In this document: positions 29,634 through 41,000 of the stretch, piece after piece
Position numbering within the stretch: the stretch's first letter is position 1
How the letters are laid out: every line of letters begins with the position of its first letter
Origin: Selaginella moellendorffii
Taxonomy: Eukaryota; Plantae; Lycopodiophyta
Reading direction: 5' to 3'
Assembly: GCF_000143415.4 (NCBI RefSeq)
Contig: NW_003314296.1
Coordinates: forward strand, 1,706,966-1,770,965
DNA length: 64,000 nt
Notes under the pieces: model-generated
The model's input: only the letters and a program-made list of their open reading frames with translations
Told to the model about the DNA's origin: nothing
Databases searched by the model: none
Program-made: the position numbers and the translations under genes

Positions 29634-29894
29634 ATCTCTCTTATTTAAGTTCTACACACTCCATAAAAAAGATGGGAGCAGTCAAGAGGCATGACCAATT
29701 GCTTTGGCTACCACCAATGGATAAGCTTATGCATGTGTGGGGCTCAGCCAAGGCATATAGCTTGTTGGCTCCCCCATCACTTACTGAGTTGTTGATCATT
29801 CTCCATGCACTAGTTTGCTGGTGGGTGGAATTGGCGAGCTAAATATCAATGCTAGTTGCCCTGGTGAGGACACTGGCAAGGGAGATCATGCGTC

Positions 29895-29943
29895 CAATGA
29901 AGAGCTTGGTGTGCTTGACAAGATCCTTGGCATCGCTCCCCAT
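29895..29943 (-). pseudogene. ALDH exon-1 fragment (its upstream region extends to ~30130)
   Basis: [16 protein letters not shown] then an abrupt junction; reverse complement of 17113-17160. Confidence 0.85.
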
Positions 29944-30888
29944 ATCTTTTTTGCTTTGCTTGCTATCCAAACCTGAGTAGTATACGCCGATGTGAATATC
30001 AAAGAGATTAGATATGATATGATGTCGACATCGGGATCAATGCTGCCAAAAGATTCATGAAAAGGACTGACAAGCGACACCCAAAGACAAAGTGACGAAA
30101 GAGGCCAACCCCTCTTTCTTGGGGTTTGGTCGAGAAGAAAGTTTATATCTCGTCAGATGAAATGCAAAGAAGAAAACTTGTTAGGGCTACAAGAAAATCT
30201 GCCAGCATGATCGTGGAAGAAATCCAGCTTTTCCAGGAGCCGCGCCATCGCCCGGAATGGTTTAGGGCTTCACCTTGTCTGGTCTGCCTGCCATGGCAAG
30301 AAACATTGCGAAAAAGATGCTGTGCAATTGGGCTTATACTGAAAGTTGCAGCTTTAGCAGACAAACAGTCAAAGACTCCTCTCATGGAGTTAAACTGAAG
30401 CTATTTCAGAGTTAATTGAAGGAAGAACTTCAAGCTATTGAATGCTTAGAGTGCATCTTGGGGATGAAAAAACATCATTGTGTACATTCACGTGAACTGA
30501 AGGAAAAATTTCACTGGTTGAAACCTTATATAAAATAATAAAAAAGAATATACAATATAAAAATAATCTTAATTTTAGAAATTCTAGCCATCTTTCTCGA
30601 ATGCCTGCTGTGATGCAAACCAGTATTAACAGCGTCTGGATGAAGAACACTCCCTCCTTGTCCTTGGAAATCAATCAAGCTGAGAAAGAACTATTATAAT
30701 CTGTCAGCTAGTGATGCTAAATTCTCGTGATATAATTTAACATCGACAAATTCTCCTGAATAAGTCGTATTTCATTGTAGAATCAAACAAGGCGGCCTGA
30801 GATGCACGTCACATGAAACATTCAGCAGTTTCCAATATAAATAATCATAACTTCTACCTGCAATTCTCAAATACAATTCTTCAAGTTC

Positions 30889-33115
30889 ATGGCGCTCTCA
30901 ATCTGTTTATACTTTCTTCTAAGTTTAAGTGCCATCTCCATCTCTCAGGTCTTTACCTTTCTTATCTCGCGCGAAACAATCTTTTAAAGCCCATGGTTTG
31001 ATTTTATTTCTAGGGACGAGATCAAGGAGACACTCACATTGTCTATTTGGGGAATGTCGATAAATCCCTCCATCCAGACGCTGTTACAAGCTCCCATCAC
31101 GCACTCCTTGGGGATGTTCTAGGAAGGTAAAACTCCAGAAGAAAAAAATTATGAATTCATCCAAATTCGTGTATTCCAGTGTCAAAGCTGCCAGAGAATC
31201 ACTGGGTTTTAGCTATAGGCATGGATTTAGTGGCTTCTCGGCTCGTTTAACAGAAGAACAAGCTGCTCAACTCTCTGGTAACGCATCATAGAAACATTAT
31301 ACATAATCTAAGTCAGTCTTTATCCATATTGCAGGCCTCCCAAACGTCTTGTCCGTCTTTCGCAATGAATTCCACACGGTCCACACCACAGACTCATCGG
31401 AATTTCTGGGACTCTATGGAAGTGGAGAGAAATCCTTGTTTGGTGCTAGTGACGCTATTGAATCATCGTGGTTATGGAAGAAATCAAAATTTGGCAAGGA
31501 CGTTATCATTGGTGTTTTGGATTCAGGTATTTCTCTCTTTCATCTTCTTGTTTTCATGGTGGGCAGGAGAAGGTCCGCCAACTTTGCTAGCATGGCAGAG
31601 GGCTTGGACTAATGTTGGTTTTCCCAGGAGTATGGCCAGAGTCGGAAAGCTTTTTGGATCATGGCATGGGACCAATCCCCAAAAGATGGAAAGGGGCTTG
31701 CGAAACTGGGGAGCAATTACGCTTCTCACTGCAACAAGTAAGAAACAACACTCTAAGTGAATTTAAATGTTTTCAACTTTTGATCTTTCAGGGCCCACGG
31801 CCTGCAAGAGGGTCCCGAGGTCTATGCAAAAGCACACCAAGAACTTCTTTCCCCAAGAGATGTTCAAGGCCATGGAACTCACGTGGCTTCTACTGCCGGA
31901 GGCCGATTTGTGAGAAACGCAAACTGGTTTGGCTATGCGAAAGGGACTCACGTCTCGCAATCTACAAGATATGCTGGAGAAACATCACGGAGGGCAGTGT
32001 AAGGTGCCCGGATTCTCACGTTCTCAGCGCATTTGATATGGGAATCCACGATGGCGTGGATATCATTTCTGCATCTTTCGGTCGTTCAGCGGGTGATTAC
32101 TTCCTTGATTCTACGTCCATTGGAGCGTTCCATGCCATGCAGAAAGGCATTGTGGTGGTAGCTTCTGCTGGAAACGAGCAGCAAACTGTAGGTCCTGGCT
32201 CTGTGAAAAATGTAGCTCCTTGGGTCATCACTGTTGGAGCGAGCACTCTTGATCGATCCTATTTTGGAGACCTTTACCTTGGCAACAATAAATCATTTCG
32301 GGGTTTAAGTATGACGGAGCAAAGATTAAAAAAGCGGTGGTATCATCTTGCTGTGCCAACTTCCAACTTTTCAACCAGGTAAAATATCAATCTATAGATT
32401 TGAGTTAAAGAAATATTAATGCTGCAGGCAATTGTGTATGAGCCAGTCTTTGGAGCCCAAGAAAGTCCGGGGAAAGATTGTGGCATGCTTGAGAGGGCCG
32501 ATGCATCCAGCATTCCAATCATTCGAAGTTTCTCGAGCTGGCGGAGCTGGGATTATCATTTGCAACTCCACTCTAGTCGATCAAAATCCTAGAAAGGAAT
32601 TTCTTCCCTCGGTTCATGTCGATGAAGAAGTTGGACAAGCCATCTTTTCATATATCAAATCTACAAGGTAAAATCTTCGTTCTTCTTTCTGTTTCTTACC
32701 TTTGTATGCCTGGCAGAAATCCTGTAGCGGATATACAGCATCAGATATCATTGAGAAATCAAAAGCCTGCTCCTTTCATGGCACCTACTTCATCCTCTGG
32801 TCCCAACTTCATTGATCCAGACATTCTCAAGGTTTGTCAATGTTTTCTGTCTAGTTTGTTTTGGTAGTTTTTGAAGATTTTTGTTCTTTCAGCCGGGTTT
32901 TTGAAGATTTTTGTTCTTTCAGCCGGATATTACAGCTCCAGGAGTATACATTCTAGCAGCATACACTCAATTCAACAACTCGGAAGTACCATACCAATTT
33001 TCATCTGGAACCTCCATGTCTTGCCCTCACGTCACTGGGATTGTCGCCCTACTAAAATCCTGTCGTCCAGCCTGGAGTCCAGCAGCAATCAAATCAACCA
33101 TAGTAACAACAGGTA
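30889..33115 (+). pseudogene. Subtilisin pseudogene, copy F (inverted duplicate of D, last exon missing)
   Basis: Shares D's exon-5 frameshift and exon-6 deletions; ~30 bp tandem duplication of a 3' splice site at ~32867-32926; joined directly to copy G. Confidence 0.9.
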
Positions 33116-33119
33116 ATGC

Positions 33120-34630
33120 GTCTTACAGAAGAACAAGCTTCTAACTCTCTGTTAACGCTCATAGAAATAAAAATGTAAGTCAATCTCTCCTCACGGCCTC
33201 CCAAACGTGTTGTCCGTCTTATCCACACGGTCCACACCACAACCTCATGGGAGTTTCTCGGCATCTATGGAAATGGATAGAAATCCTCGTATAGTGAAGC
33301 TTGGTTATGGGGAAAAGCAAATTTTGGTAAAGACATATCATGGCATGGGACCAATGCCCGAAAGATGGAAAGGAACTTGCGAAACTGGGGAGCAATTCCA
33401 CTCTTCTAACTGCAACAAGTAAAAGCAAGACTCACGTGAATCTAAATTTGTTCAACTTTTGATCTTTCAGGAAACTTATAGGTGCCAGATTCTTCTCTCG
33501 TGGCCTACAGGATGGTCCTGAGGCTTATGCAAAGGCAAACCAAGAAGTTCTTTCTCAAAGAGATATTGTCGGCCATGGAACTCACGTGGCTTCCACTGCC
33601 GGAGCCCAATTTGTGAGAAACACAAACTGGTTTGACTATGCGAAAGGCACTGCAAAAGGTGGAGCTCCAGACCATGTCTTGCAATCTACAAGATATGCTG
33701 GAGAAACGTCACGGCCAGCACCAGACGGTGTGAAGACGCTCACATTCTCAGCGCATTTGATATGGGAATCCACCACGGCGTGGATATCATTTCTGCATCT
33801 TTAGGTGGTTCAGCGGGTGATTACTTCCTTGATTCTACGTCCATTGGAGCGTTCCATGCCATGCAGAAAGGCATTGTGGTGGTGGCTTGAAGGGCCGGGC
33901 TCGGTGGGAAATGTAGCCCCCTGGCTCATTACTGTTGGAGCGAGCACTCTTGATCGAGCCTACTTTGCAGATCTTTTCCTTGGCAACAATGAATCGTTTC
34001 GAGTAAGTATAGGGCGTATAGTCTATTATACATCTTCAGGGTTCTAGGTTTACGAGGCAAAGATTGTCAAAACGGAGGTATCATCTTGCTGCGAATGCCA
34101 ATGTTGGCTTGAGCTTTCCAGCCAGGTAAAATAATTAATCTTTGATTTAAGTTCATTTGAAATTATTAATGATGCAGGCAAATGTGTATGAGCGGGTCTT
34201 TGGATTCCAAAGAAGTCCAGGGAAAGATTGTGGCATGCTTGAGAGGGCCAATGCATCCACTTATGCGAAGTTTCTCGAGCTGGTGGAGCTGGGATTATTG
34301 TTTGAAGCTCCACTGAAGATCCTGGAAATGAGATTCTTTCTTCAGTTCATGTTGATGAAAGAGTTGGATAAGCCATCTTTTCATATATCAATTCTACAAG
34401 GTAAAAGCGTTATTTTCTTCCTTTCTTCCTTTCTGTTTCTTAGCTTTGTGTTTGGCAGAGATCTTATAGTGGATATACAGCATCAGATAACTTTGAGAAA
34501 CCGAAAACCTGCTCCTTCCATGGCACCCTTTTCATCCTTTGGTCCCAACTCAGTTGATCCAGACATTCTCAATGTTTTATTGTTTTTTTTTTTCTTTCTT
34601 TTGGTAGTTTTTGATCTTTCAGCCCAATTG
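33120..34630 (+). pseudogene. Subtilisin pseudogene, copy G (C-type, end of exon 3 to exon 8)
   Basis: [39 protein letters not shown]; multiple frameshifts; no Ser exon. Confidence 0.87.
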
Positions 34631-35149
34631 ACAACCATATGACTTGTTCCATCTCACGGTGATCCTAGTTTTGAGTTTGTATGTGTGGTAAGAACCATCA
34701 TGGATTAGGTAGAGAATGCAAACTCTGCAATTAACTTCACCACTCTCACAAGCAAGAATCCTCCTCGTCAAATATGGTCTTCCCACTGCTTTTGCCTGCA
34801 ACAGTTGCATGCCCCGAAGTGAACAGCTTTGTCAAGGAATTTGATCCATTCTACAGATGGTCTCCCCCGCCAATGTCCTCACCACGGCAACTGGCATTGA
34901 CATTTAGCTTGCCAATTCCACCTATGAGCAAGCTAGTGCATCGAAAGTGATCAACAACTCAAGAAGTGATGGGGGAGACAACAAGTTGTATGCCTTGGCC
35001 GAACCCCACATCTGCATAGGCTTATCCATTGGTGGTAGCTAGAGCAATTGGTCATGCCTCTTGACTACTCCCATCTTTTTGATGGAGTGTGTAGAACGTA
35101 AACAAGAGAGATCGCACCAAGAAAGTAAATGACCTAGAATTAAGTGGAA

Positions 35150-36760
35150 TTCTCAGAGGTAACAATTTTTTATTCACAATTTTTAAAATTTAATGTAGAA
35201 ATTAAGATTCCTAGACAACTTCTCAATCCCCTCTACATGAATAGAGCAAAGTCTTTTAGCTTGTCTTTGGCTTGAAAATCAAATGTAAAACTTTACTAAT
35301 TAACAATATTTCTTAATACATTTTCTTCTAGATACTTTATTTATGTGCCAAAATTAACCTTAGGTAACATATTTTCTATTGATTAACATAGAGGAAACAC
35401 TTCCTTCACCACCAAAGTCTTTTTCTAATTTATTTGTATTGAGGGTACCATCTATAGAAGACCAAATGTTGCCACCAAAGCAAAATGATTTGGTTAGCAT
35501 ATTTAATATTTTAAGAATCTTTTTGTGCAAATAAGCATTACTTATATCCTAGAAGATTGCTTACTTTAGTTTTTGGACACTTTTCCTTCAGAATATTCTA
35601 CCATCGTATGATGAATGATTAGTGTACTTTTGAGGTTGTAGTTTGTGACTAGAATTATTGTTTCTTTTTAGTGTACTTCCTTCAACACTCCTACTCTAGC
35701 ACTTTACTCTTGGTCACCATCTATTAGTGCTTATGTTTCAAAGAAGTGTGGTTTTATTTCCACAAGATTCATTTTGTTTTTATAATCATTCCGATAGTGG
35801 TTGTTATAATTGTAGTCAATTTGGTCATATAGCTAGTTTTATTATCAACCTTGTGGGTTTTGTCATCATTCTATATGTATTTCCCAATTTTGTTGTCAGC
35901 ATCCAAATCATACTTATTTAGTTTCTCATTTTGTTTATAAAACTTCTTTAAACTTATATTGCTACTAGTTTTAATAGACAACAACATCAAATATATACTA
36001 TTGACAATGATTCATCCCCTAATATTTTATTTTGAATAAAGGATTTTCAATATGATTATACTTATACTAATGGTGCTTTACTAACTATTTGTTCTTCAAT
36101 TTACTATTATTATTGACTCTAGTGCCACATAACATATAGTTGAGCACTCTAAATTTCATGATTATCAAGTTATTTTAGTTATGATTTATTATTTTCTTGG
36201 TGATAATTCTAAGAATTTTGTCAAAGGTGTTTGCAAATTCTTCTTTGGTTTCTCAAAGGTGTTCTTCATATTCTATTACTTCTATAACATACATGAATTT
36301 GGAGTTGAACTCCAAGGCCATTGGTGAAATCGCGAAATGGTTGGCTCAGTTGAGTATTTGGTTGCCAGTCAGATTACAAGTCCGACAAGAATAGAAAGAG
36401 AGGCTACACGATTGGCCGGTCGTACAACTCCTCGATCCACACTAAGAACTTGGCCATCTGTTATGAAACAAGGGGTTAGTATGCACTTAATATCCCCTAT
36501 GAGCACTAACTCCTGCATGCAAAATAATGTTTGACACAATTTTGACATATTAGTGGCCTAACACGAAGAGAAAGGTACCCCACCAATTAAAGAAGCATTG
36601 AGTTTTGGCTTAAACCCAAGTCAAATGTAGAACAAGGAGCAATATAGTGTAATGGAAGCTAAAGTAATGTTTTAGGTGGTCAACCATGCAATTCAACTAT
36701 TATCCATATTATACATTTGGAACCCCCCTCTAAGCTTTCACCTTAGTCCTAAGAGTTAGT
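35150..36760 (+). mobile_element. Decayed Ty1/copia gag-protease remnant and flanking repeat
   Basis: CYNCSQFGHIA knuckle (ORF 35727-35921) and IIIDSSAT motif; reverse complement of 23300-24870. Confidence 0.7.
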
Positions 36761-37014
36761 CTCTTAAACAAGCTTAAAACTTACTAAATATGGAATGATG
36801 CTAAATGGTGAATGAACAACATCATAGGGTTCAAAAACACTCTTTGCATTCCGTAAATATGCTTTCTAGATACTTTCTAGAAATAGTATAAGGATCTAGA
36901 ACAGAACCAACACATAAGGCATAATAATGAGTAAGATATTATATAGTAATATTGAGGGACCATACCCAATATCGTGGGGGTTCTTAACACTAGTAAGCAA
37001 ACGAATGAATTTCT

Positions 37015-37203
37015 TGTAAGCTCTTGAGTTTGGACTTCCCAAGAGATTATCTAACACAGTATTACTCAAACTCAAAGGACACTTAACCCTAAATATCTTA
37101 AGACTTTTAATTGATTAGCAAAGAATTCTTATTCATGGGCCCTTTCTTTCTATATTTAAACCCTATGGATCATCTCTCAAATAGTTCTCTTTTGTTGCTT
37201 ACA
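37015..37203. mobile_element. Solo LTR, 189 bp, with 5-bp target-site duplication
   Basis: Begins TGTAAG and ends CTTACA (inverted termini); flanked by TTTCT at 37010-37014 and 37204-37208; empty site in the sister copy near 23015. Confidence 0.85.
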
Positions 37204-39689
37204 TTTCTTTAATTAGTATACTTGACTAATAAGATTTAGGAATTCCATCTTTATACTCATTTAGTCAAGTGCACACACAATAAGACCACAAAATGAACCA
37301 ATAGTATCAACTTTCTACCATTATGATAGTAAGGAGAGAGTGTTCACAAAGAGTAACCGACAAGTATCTTTCGATATCTAAAATCACATTTGCAACACTG
37401 TCCCCACATTGGGAAAGATCAATGTCCTTATCAATGCATATCCCAGTTTGCAAAAAAAACAACTCTAAAAAATAACAAAAAACACATAACTTAAATAAGT
37501 GGGGAAAATTACCTCTCCTCTATATTAAAAGATGCTAAAACTCAAACACCCTTTTCATAAAATTCATTTTTAGCACTCTTAATTGCAACATAAAGCCTCA
37601 TGCTTGGCAGAAGCATTCTATGCAACTTCTATCTATATAATCTAAATGTCATCATAAGAATCCTTGAGCACCTCATATAAAGTGTTGAAGTATGAGTTTA
37701 GACCTTCCACCTTTACTATCAGGGCTTTCACCTCCACCTACACCATGTCGTGTAGAGTGTCCACTATAGCCTCAACCACTTGTGAGCTTGGAGCCTCCAC
37801 TACGTCACATGGAACTTAGTCATTGATGAGTTTGTATTACATATGAAACTCCTTTTTCACCATTTTATATGAAGACTCTTCTTCCTCCTTATGTCACACC
37901 TCCTTCTCCATCTCCTCATGTGAAAGCACTTTTTTCATCTACCCATGTTACACCTCCTCACATAGAGGCACATCCTCTATTTCGTTACATTGCATCTCCT
38001 CATGTGGAATCACATCTTCCATTTCTTTATATTACACCTCCTCGTGTGAAAGTACCTCTTCCATTTTGTCATGTTACACCTCCTCCTCCATCTCTTTGTG
38101 TTGCACTTCCTTGCATAGAGGCATTTCCTCCACCTCTTCACGTGGAGGGAGCTCCAAATCCTCTGGCATCTTGCAAAACTCCTCAAGTCATGAAATATGA
38201 AATTGTGCTCCAGACTCCACAACCCCACTACAAAAGGGTTACAAGAGTTAGCAAATGAATTTCAATTACATTAAATTGAATATTTATATTTCAAATGCAA
38301 TTATTACACCATCTATAGTAATAAAAACTCTAGCCAATATATGTTTCTAGAGTGTTGGTGCAACTTCCTTTGGCATCTCTAGTACAATAGAATCTTCCAT
38401 GATTTGTAGTGGAATTGGTGTTCTTACGATTTGTAAAGGAACAAGACCATATTGAAAACCCTAAATATGCATGCTCTGTAGGTCTAGGGAATAGAGTACA
38501 ACATGGTTCTCAATGTTGAGGCCATGCACACATAAGTAGCGAGCTCATTTTGAGCCTGAAAATTTGTGACACTCACCCCATCAGGGCATGAATGTTTCTC
38601 TTGGGAAATAAAAAAATAACAAGTGTGTTAATGGAAAGAATTTTATAATGCTATGCACTTACTAATATCTTTGCACATGAACTCAACGATATATGGTTGA
38701 TCTCAAAACATTGCTATCCCTTAATCTCCATTCATGCTCTATATAAAACACAAGTACATGTTGTTTACTATGCATTTCAAAGCTTACCAACAAGGGACTA
38801 GTGCAAAAGTGTGTTCACATGAGTGTGGTCATGTATACGTATGGGCCAAACAATTGACAAAAGTAGAGGGCATCACTTGTATGCCCCCTTCCACATCATG
38901 GAAACACCTACATAATTGCTATAGAGAGAATTGAAAAACTTATAAGGAATCATTATAAACATTTACTTGCATGTAAGTGTAGTGTTTCAATGCCTTGTGA
39001 TTAAGCATAAAGTTTATGCCTAAATAAAGGAAAGATTACCTCACTTGGAGTTGCAATGCACATGAGCAAACAAATAAAATCTCTAACCCACAATCTGATG
39101 CAATGCCAACCACAAGTCCATAGGGACAACACAATGCACCTAACACATGAAGGAATGAAGATCATAGCTGCCTAAACGCAAAGAGTTCTCACCTAAACCT
39201 TGATCAATGCATGCTTTTTAAGCACCTATCTCGTGACACACAAAAAGATGGAGAGCCACCCACCTGCAAACCCTAATTAATGTGTGCTTGCTGTGCCCAT
39301 TGCTTCATGAAACTTGCTTTTGAAGCCCTCATGTTGAGCCCAAGATTGTGTGGAAGTAGTGTAGTACGAAAAACAAAAAAAACATCGCTATATTCATATG
39401 AGGTCATAGAAAATGGAGAGGCCACAATACCTTCTAGTCCTTGACAACATCTCAGGCAATAGACAAAGTTTTTGGTTTTTGGTGGGGGAAAAAGTATGTT
39501 TATAGCCGAGGATTGACTTGTAGCATGCAATAGCAATAATCTTCACCCATCCGTGCATGAGTGGATAGTCTGTTCAGTTACTGTAATGGCAACTAAGGAG
39601 GCTCCACCACTTTGCCATAGGCTCTTGCTTCTTGGCACCCAGCCAAAGAGTCACCTTAGAGCACTTCCACCTGTGTCTATTTTTTTGTG

Positions 39690-39960
39690 ACAAAGCTTAC
39701 AGGCCATGCTTCTTCGTGGTGGAAAAACTATATTAAAACTAATCTAAGGCTGACTTCTTGAAATGATTTGACAGAAGTTTTCCATGCTTCATTTATCAAG
39801 AAGTTTGAAGAGGTTGATTTTGTGAACCAGCTGTTAGAGATCTGGCAGGGGACTTTGTCTTTGGATGCATATTCCGTGATCTTTGCCTTAGTTTCATGAG
39901 CATCTATAATGAGCTACTAAAGGTGCAATGTTTCATCAAAGGATTAAACTCAGTGGATGT
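39690..39960 (+). mobile_element. Ty3/gypsy gag remnant
   Basis: WWKNY..NDLTEVFHASFIKKFEEVDFVNQLLEIWQGTLSLDAY..ELLKVQCFIKGLN resembles the retrotransposon gag capsid region. Confidence 0.55.
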
Positions 39961-40739
39961 GTGTAAGCCATAAATTTTTCCTTTCCAATTTGCAAGAGCA
40001 GCTCCCACTCTCAAAAGGGAAACCGACTGCAGTGCTCCCAACTCATGTGGAGTGGTGCCCCACTTGAGTATCTTGTGGCTCATTGGTGCTCGCCCTTCCT
40101 AGGGGCTTGGGCCTTCCCTTCAGGATCGAAGTGGGGGGGGTAAAAGTACCCATATTGGGCTGTTAGGCCACGGTGTTTCGCCCCGGTGTCCCGAAGCAAG
40201 TATTGCACCCAAGGCTTAGGATTTAGAGGGTCCCATAATCAAATCTTGTTGTACCAAGGGATGTTAAGAACTTGGAGGCTTGGTATGCTTGGCTTCTTGT
40301 GCTTGCGGGGAGCATAGCCGAACCTTAAGTCCAATCTAACCCGGGGAGGGGGATTGGGAGAGATTTGGGAATCCGTAAATGGATGGCTAACACTCCGTTG
40401 CTCATGCAGTGAGTAGCTGAAACTAAGTAGGACCAAGTAGGAGTTGGTGCAATAGGTGTGAGGGAACTTAGCAAAGGCTAAGGCGGGGTTGGTCGGATAG
40501 ACGAGGTAAGGTGGAGCACTTCCTTGGATGGCCCCTCCAACACCACCCGAGTCCATGTTCACTCCCACCCAAGGCCCCTTAGTCCTAGTCTCAACCTCAA
40601 GTCAGTTTGGAAGCACCACTGGAGAGTTCCTTCAAAATTGGTTCCTAAACCTCACTATCCCTACTATACTTTTAGAACCCCTTGTAGCCCCCTCCCTTAG
40701 AAGACACACACTTTGGGCTTTCACCCCTCGACCTGTATT

Positions 40740-41000
40740 AGTACTTGGACTTAGTTTTAGACTTGATCTCAGACTCGATCTTGGACCCGACTTCGGACTC
40801 AGTCTCGGACTCGACCTTGGACCCGATCTCGGACGCGACTTCAAATTTGACCTCGGACTCAGTCTCGGACCCAATCTCGGATCTCGAACTCTGTCTCAAA
40901 CTTGGTCTCGAACTCGGTCTCGGAGTCAGTCTCGGACTCGATCCCGGACTCTATCTCGAACTCAGTCTTAGAGTTGGTCTTGGACTCGATCTCAGACTCA
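40740..41000. repeat. Minisatellite with ~12-bp period (consensus approximately ctcggactcgat)
   Basis: About 20 degenerate tandem units, giving DLGL / SRTR / SPRS periodic translations. Confidence 0.85.

Noticed and set aside
37869-38258. Functional extensin gene
   Set aside because: No signal peptide, repeats are eroded, and sister copies are broken and embedded in transposon-like DNA.
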